From the NCBI GenBank assembly GCA_022820625.1, contig JAJEFE010000003.1, forward strand, positions 809 through 64,808: 64,000 nt of DNA, read 5' to 3'. The stretch's first letter is position 1; each line of letters opens with the position of its first letter. The stretch is from Gammaproteobacteria bacterium. GTDB taxonomy: Bacteria > Pseudomonadota > Gammaproteobacteria > Steroidobacterales > Rariloculaceae. The position numbers were made by a program, and so were the translations under genes. The notes beneath the pieces are model-generated. The model saw only the letters and a list, made by a program, of their open reading frames with translations, searched no databases and was not told the DNA's origin. Positions 44,672 through 55,060 of this stretch are shown in pieces.

Positions 44672-47600
44672 ATGAGTCGCTTCGTCCACCTTTCAGTTCA
44701 CAGCGAGTATTCCCTCGTGGACGGGGTCGTACGCGTCCCTGAGCTGGCCGAAAGCGTGCGTGCGAAGGGGATGCCCGCGGTGGCCCTCACCGACCACATG
44801 AACGTCTTCGCGATGGTGAAGTTCTACAAGGCGGCCGTCAATAACGGTCTCAAGCCTCTGATCGGCGCCGACATCCGGGTCGCGGAATCGCCGCGGGACG
44901 CCGTGCCGACCCGCCTGACGCTGCTCTGTGCGAATGCGGCCGGATTCCACAACCTGAGTCGCCTGCTGAGTCTCGCGTACTCGCGCAGACAGGGCCGGGG
45001 CGAGGTGCTCGTGCTCAAGCGCTGGCTCGAAACGGATGCGCTGGACGGCCTGATCGCACTTTCCGGAGGCCAGTACGGCGAGGTTGGCTGGACGCTCCTC
45101 GGGACCAGGCCGGAGCGGGCCGCCGCTGTCCTCGATGAATGGCTGATTCGGTTTCCCCAGCGCTTCTACCTGGAGTTGCACCGCGTGGGATGGCCCGAGG
45201 AGAGCGACTACCTGGAAGCAGGCGTCCGCCTGGCCGCCGCCCACGGGGTTCCGGTGGTGGCCACCAATCCGGTTCGTTTCCTCAATCCGGACAACCACCG
45301 TGAAGATGAGCCCAACGATTTCGAGGCTCACGAAGTCCGGGTCTGCATCCAGCAGGGCAAGACGCTGAACGATCCCAGACGCTCCAGGGACTATACGGAG
45401 CAACAGTACCTCAAGTCGCCCGCCGAAATGGAGGAACTCTTCGGCGACCTGCCCGAAGCGCTGTCCAACAGCGTCGAAATCGCCCGGCGCTGCAGCTTCG
45501 AACTGGAGCTGGACCGACCCTGCCTGCCCGACTTCAAGGTTCCTTCCGAGCAGTCGGCGGCGGCCCACCTCAGGGAGATGACACTGCGCGGGCTCGGCAA
45601 GCGCGGCGTTACGCCTGCGGGAAACGGGGCGATTCCGTTTTCGGACTACGGGGCGAGGTTGGAGAACGAACTGGATGTCATCTGCGAGATGGGTTTCGAG
45701 GGCTACTTCCTGATCGTCGCCGACTTCTGTGGATGGGCGCGCGAGAAACGGATCCCGGTGGGCCCCGGCCGCGGGTCCGGCGCCGGATCGCTGGTCGCTT
45801 TCGCCCTGGGCATCACCGATCTCGATCCTCTTGAACACGATCTGCTGTTCGAGCGATTCCTGAATCCGGAGCGTGTCTCCATGCCGGATTTCGATATCGA
45901 CTTCTGCATCGACGGCCGCGACGACGTGATCGGCTACGTCGCCGACCGCTACGGTCAGGATCGCGTTTCGCAGATCATCACTTTCGGCACCATGGCCGCC
46001 AGGGCTGTAGTCCGGGATGTGGGCCGGGCGCTGGGCAAGCCTTTCGGTTACGTGGACCGCATTGCCAAGCTGATCCCCTTCGAATTGGGTATCACCCTGG
46101 AAAAGGCGCTCAAGGAGGAAGAACTCAGGTCGCTGTATGACGAGGAGTCCGAGGTCAGGGAACTCATCGATCTGGCCAGGAAACTCGAAGGGATCGCCCG
46201 CAATGCCGGCACCCACGCCGGCGGAGTGGTGATCGCGCCCAGACCCCTGACCGAGTTCATGCCCCTGTACGTGGAACCGGACGGCAGTTCGCTTAGCCAG
46301 TTGGACAAGGACGATGTCGAGGCGATGGGGCTGGTCAAGTTCGATTTCCTGGGGCTGCGGACGCTCACCATCATCGATCGCGCCCTGATGTCGATCAATC
46401 GGCAGCGCAAGGCGGAAGGCGTCGACCCCCTCGGTCCGGAAAACATTCCCATGGACGATTCGGCCACGTACGAACTGTTGCGGCGATGCCAGACCACCGG
46501 CGTGTTCCAGCTGGAGTCGCGGGGTATGCGCGACCTGATCAGGCGGCTGCAGCCGGACCGGTTCGACGATCTGGTGGCGGTGCTGGCGCTGTTCAGGCCG
46601 GGCCCCCTGCAATCCGGGATGGTGGATACTTTCATCAATCGCAAGCACGGCACCGACGCTGCTCCCGTGGACTATTTTCACCCGAAGCTCGAGCCGATTC
46701 TGAAGCCCACCTACGGGGTGATCCTGTACCAGGAGCAGGTGATGCAGATTGCCCAGACCATCGCCGGCTACTCCCTGGGCGGCGCGGACCTGTTGCGCCG
46801 CGCCATGGGCAAGAAAAAACCCGAGGAGATGGAACAGCAACGCGGCGTCTTCATGACGGGTGCGGAAAACCACGGCGTCGAAACTGGAGTTGCCAAGGAT
46901 CTCTTCGATCTGATGGAACATTTCGCCGGCTACGGCTTCAACAAGTCGCACTCGGCCGCGTACGCGCTGATCGCGTACCAGACGGCGTGGCTCAAGGCCC
47001 GCCACCCGGCGCATTTCCTGGCGGCCGTATTGACCACCGACATGGATCACACCGACAAGCTGGTGACCCTCAAGGAAGACTGCGAACGGTTTGGAATCGA
47101 ATTGCAGGGACCGGATATCAATCGGTCGCGATACGAATTCGTCGTCGCAGGCCCGCGCGTCATTGCATACGGGCTCGGCGCCATCAAGGGCGTGGGCAGG
47201 AGCGCGGTCGACAACCTGGTTGAGGAACGGGAGCGCAACGGTACGTACACCGGCCTGCTCGACCTCTGTCGCCGGATGGACCAGCAGCGTCTCAACCGCC
47301 GCGTTCTGGAGGCGTTCGTGCGCTCCGGCACCCTGGACGAATTCGGGCCGAATCGAGCCACCCTGATGGAGGCCGTGCCCGATGCCCTAAAGCTTGCGGC
47401 CCATTCGGCCCAGTCAAGGATTGCGGGACAGGGCGCACTGTTCGCCGAACCCGGCTCACAGGGCGACATTGAGGAACTGCTTGAACCGGTTCAGGAATGG
47501 AACGTGCAGGAGCGGCTCAAGGGTGAACGGGACAGCCTGGGTATCTACCTGAGCGGGCACCCGTTTGACGAGTATGCGCAGCATTGCCGTCATTTCACGC

Positions 47601-48166
47601 ACGGAACCATCGGCAAGCTGACGGAAGTCGCCTCGGGGAACGGCAGCGGAGCCACACCGGGCGAGGTCAGGGTCGCCGGCCTGGTGACTGACGTTCGCCG
47701 CCGCGGCGGGCGGGTCTCCATGGTGCTTGAAGATCACACCGGACGGTTGGAGGTCACGCTGTTCGAAGAAGTCTTCAACCGGTTTCGGCATTTGGCCGAC
47801 AACGACGTGATGCTGGTCGCGGAAGGCCAGCTTCGCTTCGACGATTTCCTCAACGACTGGCGGCTGACGGCGCGCACACTCGGTTCGGTTGACGAAACCA
47901 TCGAGAACAATGCCAGCCGATTGACGATCCACTGGCCGGAGTATGGCCATGGGGCCGATTTTGCGAATGCCCTGGGGAAGGAGTTGGCGCCGTTCGGCCA
48001 CGGGAACTGCGAAGTATGTATCGAATACAAGGGTTCGGAAGCCACGTCACGGCTGATACTGGGGGAACGCTGGGCGGTGCGCCCCAGCCGCGATCTGCGT
48101 GATCGCCTGGGCGCCCTGCTCGGGGATAACGGCTTTTCGATCCACTATCCCAGGCATTTCATCTGA
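44672..48166 (+). CDS. dnaE: DNA polymerase III alpha subunit
   Basis: I chose the internal ATG at 44672 of ORF 44486..48166 ([21 protein letters not shown] domain). Motifs are [14 protein letters not shown] and PDFDIDFC. The length is 1164 aa. Confidence 0.92.
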   Translation: MSRFVHLSVHSEYSLVDGVVRVPELAESVRAKGMPAVALTDHMNVFAMVKFYKAAVNNGLKPLIGADIRVAESPRDAVPTRLTLLCANAAGFHNLSRLLSLAYSRRQGRGEVLVLKRWLETDALDGLIALSGGQYGEVGWTLLGTRPERAAAVLDEWLIRFPQRFYLELHRVGWPEESDYLEAGVRLAAAHGVPVVATNPVRFLNPDNHREDEPNDFEAHEVRVCIQQGKTLNDPRRSRDYTEQQYLKSPAEMEELFGDLPEALSNSVEIARRCSFELELDRPCLPDFKVPSEQSAAAHLREMTLRGLGKRGVTPAGNGAIPFSDYGARLENELDVICEMGFEGYFLIVADFCGWAREKRIPVGPGRGSGAGSLVAFALGITDLDPLEHDLLFERFLNPERVSMPDFDIDFCIDGRDDVIGYVADRYGQDRVSQIITFGTMAARAVVRDVGRALGKPFGYVDRIAKLIPFELGITLEKALKEEELRSLYDEESEVRELIDLARKLEGIARNAGTHAGGVVIAPRPLTEFMPLYVEPDGSSLSQLDKDDVEAMGLVKFDFLGLRTLTIIDRALMSINRQRKAEGVDPLGPENIPMDDSATYELLRRCQTTGVFQLESRGMRDLIRRLQPDRFDDLVAVLALFRPGPLQSGMVDTFINRKHGTDAAPVDYFHPKLEPILKPTYGVILYQEQVMQIAQTIAGYSLGGADLLRRAMGKKKPEEMEQQRGVFMTGAENHGVETGVAKDLFDLMEHFAGYGFNKSHSAAYALIAYQTAWLKARHPAHFLAAVLTTDMDHTDKLVTLKEDCERFGIELQGPDINRSRYEFVVAGPRVIAYGLGAIKGVGRSAVDNLVEERERNGTYTGLLDLCRRMDQQRLNRRVLEAFVRSGTLDEFGPNRATLMEAVPDALKLAAHSAQSRIAGQGALFAEPGSQGDIEELLEPVQEWNVQERLKGERDSLGIYLSGHPFDEYAQHCRHFTHGTIGKLTEVASGNGSGATPGEVRVAGLVTDVRRRGGRVSMVLEDHTGRLEVTLFEEVFNRFRHLADNDVMLVAEGQLRFDDFLNDWRLTARTLGSVDETIENNASRLTIHWPEYGHGADFANALGKELAPFGHGNCEVCIEYKGSEATSRLILGERWAVRPSRDLRDRLGALLGDNGFSIHYPRHFI

Positions 48167-49679
48167 CCGGCGTCCGTGCGCTGCCGCGAACGCGGGTTCG
48201 CCAGGCTTCAAGGGCCCGCTGCCGGCCGCTGTCCAGATCGACCATGGGGTATGGATAGGTCCGGCCAAGCCGAATGCCGGCCCCGGACAACACGGCTTCC
48301 GGCGCCTGCCACGGTGCGTGTACGTGCCTGTTGGACAGGCGCCGCAGCTCGGGCAGCCAGGTGCGCAGGTAGCTGCCGGCCTGATCGAAGCGCCGCGATT
48401 GCGTGACCGGATTGAAGATGCGGAACCAGGGCGCCGCGTCCACGCCGCAGCCGGCGACCCACTGCCAGCCCGCGCTGTTGTTTGCCCAGTCGGCATCGAC
48501 CAGCGTATCCCAGAACCAGGCCGCACCCTCGCGCCAGTCGATCAACAGGTGCTTGGTCAGAAAGGAGGCGGTGATCATGCGCACGCGATTGTGCATCCAG
48601 CCGGTCGCCCACAGCTCGCGCATTCCGGCGTCGATCAGGGGATAGCCGGTCTGGCCGCGCTGCCAGCGCTCGAGTTCGGCCGGCTCGTTCCGCCAGGGCA
48701 TGCGGTCGAATTCCGCACGCAGGTTGGCCGTTCCCATCTCCGGGTGATGGAACAGCAGATGATGGCTGAACTCGCGCCAGCCGAGTTCACGCAGGAACGC
48801 ATCGCGGCCGGGGCCGGGCGCCGCGCGTTCAAGGGCGGCAACGACCTGGCGAGGTCCCATCTCGCCGAAATGCAGGTGGGGGGAGAGCCGGCTCGTCGCC
48901 GCCAGACCCGGTCGATCCCGTTGCCGGTGATACTCGTCAATCCCGTGCCGCAGAAACGAACGGAGCCTGTTCTTCGAGCCGCTCTCGCCCGGCTGCCAGA
49001 CGCTGCGAAATCCATCCGCCCAGTCGGGGCCGCGGGGTCTCAGCCCCCACCGGTGGAGTCCGTCGCTTCGGGGCCAGGTCGTGGGCGCTGCCGGAACCGG
49101 GGGCGTTGGACCGGGACTTTCGATGTCCAGGGCGCTGCACCGGCGCCAGAATGCAGTAAAGACCTTGAAGGGCGTACCGGCGCCCGTGCTTATGGTCCAG
49201 GGTTCGAACAGCAGGGAAGCGTTGAAGGTCCCCGTGGCGATACCGGCGTCGGCGAGCTGCGCCTCGATCCGCTTGTCGTGCCTGACGATCGCGGGATCGT
49301 AGAGCCGGTTCCACACTACCGCCGAGGCGCCGGTATCTCGCACAATTTCCCTGATCGCTTCGCTTACCGGACCCCGGCGCAGGATCAGGCGGCTGCCGAC
49401 GTGTCGCAGTGCGGCGTTCAGTACGCGCAGGCTGCCGTGCAGCCACCAGCGGGATGCACTGCCCATCGGGCGGCTTGGTTCATCCAGTATAAAGACGGGA
49501 ATGACCGGCCGTCCGGAGCTCGCGGCCGCGTTCCATGCCGGGTTGTCGGCCAGCCGCAGGTCGCGGCGGAACCAGACGAGGAGCGGCCGCCGGGCACGCG
49601 TTTCGCCATCGATTCCGTCCGGGACGGCGCTGGTATCAACTCCTATTTCCTGTACTCCCGTAGCCACTATCAAACGCAC
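48159..49679 (-). CDS. phrB: deoxyribodipyrimidine photolyase / cryptochrome-family flavoprotein
   Basis: 506-aa ORF with the motifs [37 protein letters not shown] and [15 protein letters not shown]. Confidence 0.85.
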   Translation of the reverse strand: MRLIVATGVQEIGVDTSAVPDGIDGETRARRPLLVWFRRDLRLADNPAWNAAASSGRPVIPVFILDEPSRPMGSASRWWLHGSLRVLNAALRHVGSRLILRRGPVSEAIREIVRDTGASAVVWNRLYDPAIVRHDKRIEAQLADAGIATGTFNASLLFEPWTISTGAGTPFKVFTAFWRRCSALDIESPGPTPPVPAAPTTWPRSDGLHRWGLRPRGPDWADGFRSVWQPGESGSKNRLRSFLRHGIDEYHRQRDRPGLAATSRLSPHLHFGEMGPRQVVAALERAAPGPGRDAFLRELGWREFSHHLLFHHPEMGTANLRAEFDRMPWRNEPAELERWQRGQTGYPLIDAGMRELWATGWMHNRVRMITASFLTKHLLIDWREGAAWFWDTLVDADWANNSAGWQWVAGCGVDAAPWFRIFNPVTQSRRFDQAGSYLRTWLPELRRLSNRHVHAPWQAPEAVLSGAGIRLGRTYPYPMVDLDSGRQRALEAWRTRVRGSARTPVR

Positions 49680-49802
49680 TGTCCGCGCAATTTACCGGTC
49701 GTCCGAGTGCGATATACAGGTCTTGAGACCATCGGACAAGCCCGGCCGGCGGTCATTCGATCCGACTTGTCACGATTCCGGCCTTGCAGGTATGGTCCGC
49801 GA

Positions 49803-50762
49803 ATGGACCTTAACTTCCTGGACTTCGAACAGCCCATCGCCGAACTCGAGGCGAAGATCGACGAACTGAAGTTCGTCGGGGACGATTCCGAGTTCAACAT
49901 CACCGAGGAGATCGCCCGGCTGCGTCGCCAGAGCGAATCCCTGACGCGCCGGATATTCTCCAATCTGTCGTCGTGGCAGATCGCCAACCTCGCCCGGCAT
50001 CCGCAGCGGCCGTATACCCTGGATTACGTCTCGCGGTGCTTTTCGGACTTTCAGGAGCTGCACGGGGACCGGATGTATGCCGACGATCAATCGCTTGTCG
50101 GCGGACTCGCACGCCTGGAAGGACAGCCGGTGATGGTCATCGGTCATCAGAAGGGGCGCGATACCAGGGAGCGAATCCGGCGCAACTACGGTATGGCAAG
50201 TCCGGAGGGTTATCGCAAGGCACTGAGGCTGATGCGCCTGGCCGAGAAGTTCGATACTCCGGTGGTGACCTTCATCGATACCCCGGGGGCCTATCCGGGC
50301 GTGGGCGCGGAGGAGCGCGGTCAGAGCGAGGCCATCGCCCGCAACCTGTTGATCATGGCGAGCCTCAGGGTGCCCATCGTGAGTATCGTCATCGGCGAGG
50401 GCGGCTCCGGCGGCGCGCTGGCCATCGGCGTGGCGGATCGCATTCTCATGCTTCAGTATGGAATCTACTCCGTGATTTCGCCGGAAGGCTGCGCGTCCAT
50501 ACTCTGGAAGAATACCGAAAAGGCGGCGGCGGCGGCCGAAGCCATGGGCATTACCGCAGAGCGGTTGCAGAAGCTCGGGCTGATCGACGAGGTCGTTCCC
50601 GAGCCGCTGGGCGGCGCCCACCGCAATTACCAGGCCACCGCGGAGGTGGTCAAGAATGCCCTGCTGCAGGCGCTCAACGACCTGCAGATTCTTTCCACCG
50701 ACGACCTGATTGCGAAGAGGCGCAGCCGGCTTGCCAGCCACGGGACCTACAAGGAGGGCTGA
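49803..50762 (+). CDS. accA: acetyl-CoA carboxylase carboxyltransferase alpha subunit
   Basis: I chose the internal ATG at 49803 of ORF 48099..50762. The N-terminus is [22 protein letters not shown]. Motifs are [10 protein letters not shown] and [18 protein letters not shown]. Confidence 0.92.
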   Translation: MDLNFLDFEQPIAELEAKIDELKFVGDDSEFNITEEIARLRRQSESLTRRIFSNLSSWQIANLARHPQRPYTLDYVSRCFSDFQELHGDRMYADDQSLVGGLARLEGQPVMVIGHQKGRDTRERIRRNYGMASPEGYRKALRLMRLAEKFDTPVVTFIDTPGAYPGVGAEERGQSEAIARNLLIMASLRVPIVSIVIGEGGSGGALAIGVADRILMLQYGIYSVISPEGCASILWKNTEKAAAAAEAMGITAERLQKLGLIDEVVPEPLGGAHRNYQATAEVVKNALLQALNDLQILSTDDLIAKRRSRLASHGTYKEG

Positions 50763-50797
50763 ACGCCGCGTGGCGGATATGCATCGCCGCCGATCCG

Positions 50798-52120
50798 ATG
50801 GAACATCTGCTGGATAGCCTCGGCGGAACCCTCGCCGAATTGCCGGGGTCGCCGCGCAAACTCGCGGTTGCGTTCAGCGGTGGACTCGATTCTACCGTGC
50901 TGTTGGCGGCGATCTGCCGATTGACGCCTCGTCCCGGGGTGCGCGCGCTGCACATCGATCACGGACTGCATCCGGATTCAAGGGCATGGGAAGGTCATTG
51001 CAAGGCCGTGGCGGCGTCCCTGGGTGTCGGTTTCGGGAGTCTTCAGTGTCCGGTGGAACCGGTTCAGGGGGAGAGCCTCGAGGCCCGGGCGCGGGCGGTT
51101 CGGTACCGTGCGCTGGGGGAACTCCTTGCGCCCGGGGAGATACTCGTGACGGCCCACCACGCCGACGATCAGCTTGAAACGTTGATGTTGCGCCTGATGC
51201 GGGGTACCGGCGTGAAGGGGTTGCGAGGAATCGCCCCGCTGCAACCGTTTGGCGCCGGATTTTTGGCCCGACCGTTGCTGGCGATATCCAGGCAGGACAT
51301 CCTGGCTGCGGCAAGGGAATGGGACCTGGAATGGATCGAGGATCCGTCGAACCGGGATACGCGGTTCGATCGCAACTACGTTCGCGCAGAGCTGATTCCA
51401 CGAATCACGGAGCGCTGGCCCGCGGCGGCGCGGACGGTTGGGAGGGCAGCGGGCCAGATGGCGGAAGCCCAGCAGATTCTGGATGAAACCGCCCTGGCGG
51501 ACGCTCCGGGAGATCCGGATCGGATCGACTGCACTTTACTGCGCGATCTTTCCCCGGTCAGACGGCGAAATGTACTGCGGCACGCACTGGTCCGGCTCGG
51601 ACTTTCCATCCCGGATACCCGTCAGATGGATGAACTGCTTCGGGTCCTCGAGGTGCGGCGCCGGGACGCCAGGCCCAGAGTTCGGTGGCCGGGCGGGGAG
51701 GGTCGTATCTACCGGGATCGCCTCTATCTGCTCGAGCCGCTGCGGGCGGCATCTCCACAGGGGTATTCGGGGGAGGTCAGCCTTGCCCGGCCATGGTGCG
51801 GGCCGGAAGGCAATATTCGGTTGGTATCGGGCACCGATGGCGGGTTGCCCTCGAACTGGGCCGAGGAGGGCTTCCGGGTTCGCTTTCGCAGGGGTGGCGA
51901 GCGCTTCAGGCCGAGGGGGCGACCCCACACCCGCCCACTCAAGAAGTGGCTCCAGGAGGCGGGCGTGCCACCGTGGCTCAGGGCCCGGATTCCGTTGCTG
52001 TATCGGGAAGATGCCCTGGTTGCGGTGGGTGACCTGTGGGTTGCGCACGCGGCGGCAGAACGGGCAGACAACCGAACCGGGTGGCAGGTTCAGTGGACGG
52101 ATCATCCGCGTTTGTCATGA
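50798..52120 (+). CDS. tilS: tRNA(Ile)-lysidine synthetase
   Basis: I chose the internal ATG at 50798 of ORF 49973..52120. The PP-loop motif is LAVAFSGGLDSTVLL, and TAHHADDQLET follows. Confidence 0.85.
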   Translation: MEHLLDSLGGTLAELPGSPRKLAVAFSGGLDSTVLLAAICRLTPRPGVRALHIDHGLHPDSRAWEGHCKAVAASLGVGFGSLQCPVEPVQGESLEARARAVRYRALGELLAPGEILVTAHHADDQLETLMLRLMRGTGVKGLRGIAPLQPFGAGFLARPLLAISRQDILAAAREWDLEWIEDPSNRDTRFDRNYVRAELIPRITERWPAAARTVGRAAGQMAEAQQILDETALADAPGDPDRIDCTLLRDLSPVRRRNVLRHALVRLGLSIPDTRQMDELLRVLEVRRRDARPRVRWPGGEGRIYRDRLYLLEPLRAASPQGYSGEVSLARPWCGPEGNIRLVSGTDGGLPSNWAEEGFRVRFRRGGERFRPRGRPHTRPLKKWLQEAGVPPWLRARIPLLYREDALVAVGDLWVAHAAAERADNRTGWQVQWTDHPRLS

Positions 52121-52139
52121 GCCTGTGCGGGATTGCAAA

Positions 52140-53162
52140 ATGGCATTCATGAAATCACCCTGCCTCTTGTTGATACTCGCGTCGACGCTGCCGATGGCGG
52201 TGCGTGCGCATCACGCAGTCGGAGCTTTCTTCGATACTTCCGTGCCGATGACGATCGACGGCGTCGTGACCTCGATGCGGTGGCAGAACCCGCATGTGAT
52301 GCTGACCATCGAGTCCGACACGGCTGGCGCCGGACCCGAACTGTGGCGCGTCGAGTCCGGCGGACCCACGTTGCTGAGGCGTCTGGGCGTGACCGCCGAC
52401 ATCGCGGCCGTTGGCGACCGCGTCTCCATCTCGGGCTATCCGTCCAGGGTGGACCCCCGGGAGATGATCGGTGTGAGTATCGAACTCCCCGACGGCCGCT
52501 CACTGCCCATGTTTCCGACGCTGGCGGCGCGCTTCGGGCTTCAGCCACGATACGGCGTTCACATTACGGAGGAAGCGGCTGAGGCGGACAGCCGCTCGGC
52601 ACGCGGCATTTTCAGGGTCTGGACCTATGGCCGGACATCGGACCGACCGGTGGTCGAGCCCGCATACACGCCACGGGCGCTGGCCGGTCAGGCAAGGTAC
52701 GATCCCCTGGTCGACGATCCGGCATTGCGTTGCATCGCGGCGGGCATGCCACTGGTCATGGACAACCCCTTTCCCATCGAATTCACCGACCGTGGAGAAG
52801 AAATCCTGCTGGAGTTGGAACTATGGGACATCCAGCGCACGATTCACATGACCGACTCCTCGAGCGGCGGCGCCCATCGAGGGACTCCGCTGGGCTTTTC
52901 CACGGGCCGCTGGGAGGGGAACACTCTCGAGGTGACTACTACCGATATCGACTGGGCCATTTTCGATGATGCCGGAACCCCTCAGGGCAGGCAGGTCCAG
53001 TCGGTCGAGCGGTTCACGCTCAGCGATGACGGACAGCGGCTGGACTACGAGGTACTGATCACGGATCCCGAGACGCTGCTGGAGCCGCTGGCGCTTCGCT
53101 GGCACTGGGACTGGGTGCCCGGAGAGGCCTTGCAAGCCTACGGCTGTACCCTGGTTGATTAG
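52140..53162 (+). CDS. exported protein of unknown function: N-terminal DUF6152-like domain fused to a ~220-aa uncharacterised domain
   Basis: I chose the internal ATG at 52140 of ORF 51438..53162. The signal peptide MAFMKSPCLLLILASTLPMAVRA is followed by HHAVGAFFD...GVVTSMRWQNPHVML, a DUF6152-like pattern as remembered. The C-terminal half has ...GRWEGNTLEV.T.. and a terminal Cys. Confidence 0.65.
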   Translation: MAFMKSPCLLLILASTLPMAVRAHHAVGAFFDTSVPMTIDGVVTSMRWQNPHVMLTIESDTAGAGPELWRVESGGPTLLRRLGVTADIAAVGDRVSISGYPSRVDPREMIGVSIELPDGRSLPMFPTLAARFGLQPRYGVHITEEAAEADSRSARGIFRVWTYGRTSDRPVVEPAYTPRALAGQARYDPLVDDPALRCIAAGMPLVMDNPFPIEFTDRGEEILLELELWDIQRTIHMTDSSSGGAHRGTPLGFSTGRWEGNTLEVTTTDIDWAIFDDAGTPQGRQVQSVERFTLSDDGQRLDYEVLITDPETLLEPLALRWHWDWVPGEALQAYGCTLVD

Positions 53163-53277
53163 CTCAGGCCCCCCGCCTCCCGATCGGGGGAAAGTCCCAT
53201 CAGGGGAAGGTCCCGCAGTCGCTACTCTGCTGCTGCGGGAGTACAATCAAGCCGACAAGCCAACCGAGGGGACTCCC

Positions 53278-54588
53278 ATGAAACAAAAAATGGCCGATTC
53301 AAGATTTTCCAATGCCGCGGCCCCGCTATGGCCGCTGGCTATCCTGGCGCTGGCGGCGTGCGGTCCCGGCTCCGAGCCCGCTACGGAAGAGCCGATGACC
53401 GACGTTGAACCTGCAGCCGATGCAGAACCGGTGACCGCTGTCGTATTCGAGGGCGCGCGGGTGATCACGGGCGATGGTTCGGACCCTATCGACAATGCGG
53501 CCGTGGTTGTCGACGGGGGCGTGATTGTCGCGGTGGGTCCTGCCGGTGAAGTCGCAACGCCTGCAGGCGCCGCAAGCGTGGATCTCAGCGGAATGACCGT
53601 CATGCCGGTGATCGTGGACGCGCACGTGCACATGAATACGAGCCGCGACGCACTCATCAACGACCTGCGCCAGCGCGCCTGGTTCGGCGTGGGCGCCGCG
53701 GTCAGCATGGGCTCGGACGATACCGAGGAAGCGCTGGCCGTACGCAATGAAGAGATTTCCGGGGCTGCCCGGTTCCGATCCGCCGGGCTGGGCATCACCC
53801 GTCCGGAGCCGGGACGCCGCGTGGTCCACTGGATCGACACGGAGGAGCAAGCGCGGGAAGCCGTTCGGACGGAGGCCGCCCGCAACGTCGACCTGATCAA
53901 GCTGTGGGTCGATGACCGGGACGGTCAATACGAACAGCTCACGCCGGAATTGTATGGCGCCGCCATCGATGAAGCGCACCAGCACGGTATCCGTGTTTCG
54001 GCGCACATCTTCGATCTCGAAGATGCCAAGGGTCTGCTGCGCGCCGACGTGGACATCTATGCCCATGGCGTTCGCGATCGTGATGTCGACGATGAATTCA
54101 TCGAGATGCTTGCCGGGCAGCCCGATACCGTGCTCATCCCGAACATGGGGGCCCGCGGTGTCTCCACCGACCTGAGCTGGCTGGCCGGCGCCTACTCCGA
54201 CGAGGAGATTGCCGAACTCGAGGCCGCCGGGGACAATCCGGACATTCAGGAAGCCCACGGGATTCAGGCCCGCAATCTCGCCAGAATGAGCGAGGCTGGC
54301 ATGATCATCGCGTTCGGTACCGACGGCAACACGCCCTGGGCGCCCCACGTGGAGATGGAGGACATGGTCCTGGCGGGCATGTCGCCGGCGGACGTGATCG
54401 TGGCTGCGACCCGCAATTCCGCAGCCGCGGTCGGCCTCGACCAGATGGGCACCATCGAGGCCGGCAAGAGCGCTGACTTCATCGTGCTGGAGGCCGATCC
54501 ATTGGAGGACATCACCAACACGCGCCGGATCGCCTCGGTCTACATGCGCGGCGAGGAAGTGGATCGCTCGAGCTACGGCGGGATGTAA
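53278..54588 (+). CDS. lipoprotein amidohydrolase (metal-dependent hydrolase superfamily, COG1228-like)
   Basis: I chose the internal ATG at 53278 of ORF 53155..54588. It has the lipobox LALAAC, the HxH motif VIVDAHVHM, FGTDGN, and the C-terminal segment GTIEAGKSADFIVLEADPLEDI. Confidence 0.7.
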   Translation: MKQKMADSRFSNAAAPLWPLAILALAACGPGSEPATEEPMTDVEPAADAEPVTAVVFEGARVITGDGSDPIDNAAVVVDGGVIVAVGPAGEVATPAGAASVDLSGMTVMPVIVDAHVHMNTSRDALINDLRQRAWFGVGAAVSMGSDDTEEALAVRNEEISGAARFRSAGLGITRPEPGRRVVHWIDTEEQAREAVRTEAARNVDLIKLWVDDRDGQYEQLTPELYGAAIDEAHQHGIRVSAHIFDLEDAKGLLRADVDIYAHGVRDRDVDDEFIEMLAGQPDTVLIPNMGARGVSTDLSWLAGAYSDEEIAELEAAGDNPDIQEAHGIQARNLARMSEAGMIIAFGTDGNTPWAPHVEMEDMVLAGMSPADVIVAATRNSAAAVGLDQMGTIEAGKSADFIVLEADPLEDITNTRRIASVYMRGEEVDRSSYGGM

Positions 54589-54690
54589 GCTCAGTCGCGG
54601 ATGAAGAAGTCGAAGTCGATCGGCCGTCACGGGCATGTCGGCTACGTGTGGCCGTGACGTGGGTAGCGGCAACGGTCCTGAGGTAAGTTC

Positions 54691-55050
54691 ATGAAGGTGA
54701 CAAGCCGGATACGAGCCGGCGTGACGGTCGTATCGGTGCACGGGCGGGTGTTTCGCCACCGTGCCGACGTGTTCGCATCCTGGGTCCACATGGAGGTCGG
54801 CGATCGATACACGGGGCCGGTGCTGCTGGATGCGGGGAAGATGACCTACATCAATTCGGCGGGCATGGTGACGATCCTGCGCCTGGCCAGGCGGTGCGCG
54901 CGGCACGGCGGGCGGTTCGCTCTCTGCGGGCTCGCCGAGGGGATTGACCGGGCGTTCGAGGTGCTCGGGTTCGATCGGATCATCGACACTTACGATTCTG
55001 CGGACGAGGGCATGGCGGCGCTGTCACACGAGCCGGAGTCGCACGACTGA
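54691..55050 (+). CDS. STAS-domain protein (anti-sigma-factor-antagonist fold)
   Basis: 119-aa ORF. ...LLDAGKMTYINSAGMVTILRLAR... corresponds to the SpoIIAA DSSG region, with Ser56 retained. No signal peptide is present. Confidence 0.7.
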   Translation: MKVTSRIRAGVTVVSVHGRVFRHRADVFASWVHMEVGDRYTGPVLLDAGKMTYINSAGMVTILRLARRCARHGGRFALCGLAEGIDRAFEVLGFDRIIDTYDSADEGMAALSHEPESHD

Positions 55051-55060
55051 AAGTGTTCCG

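Noticed and set aside
44693-47050. 785-aa minus-strand ORF antisense to dnaE. Similar long antisense or out-of-frame ORFs occur at 16074-17582, 53326-54906, 58137-60131, 31572-32891, 35443-36693, 9548-10588, 25039-26352 and 27300-28862.
   Set aside because: All of these overlap strongly supported housekeeping genes on the other strand or frame. They have low-complexity Arg/Gly/Pro-rich translations and no start-site signals. They are GC-driven artefacts.
48099-49802. Long N-terminal extensions in the ORF track. Examples are accA from 48099, tilS from 49973, dnaE from 44486, glnD to 30368, rpsB from 30754, kdsA from 57963, lpxA from 41646 and the exported protein from 51438.
   Set aside because: The upstream parts overlap the preceding genes and carry no family similarity. 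Internal starts give N-termini that match the families and often form classic ATGA/GTGA stop-start overlaps.
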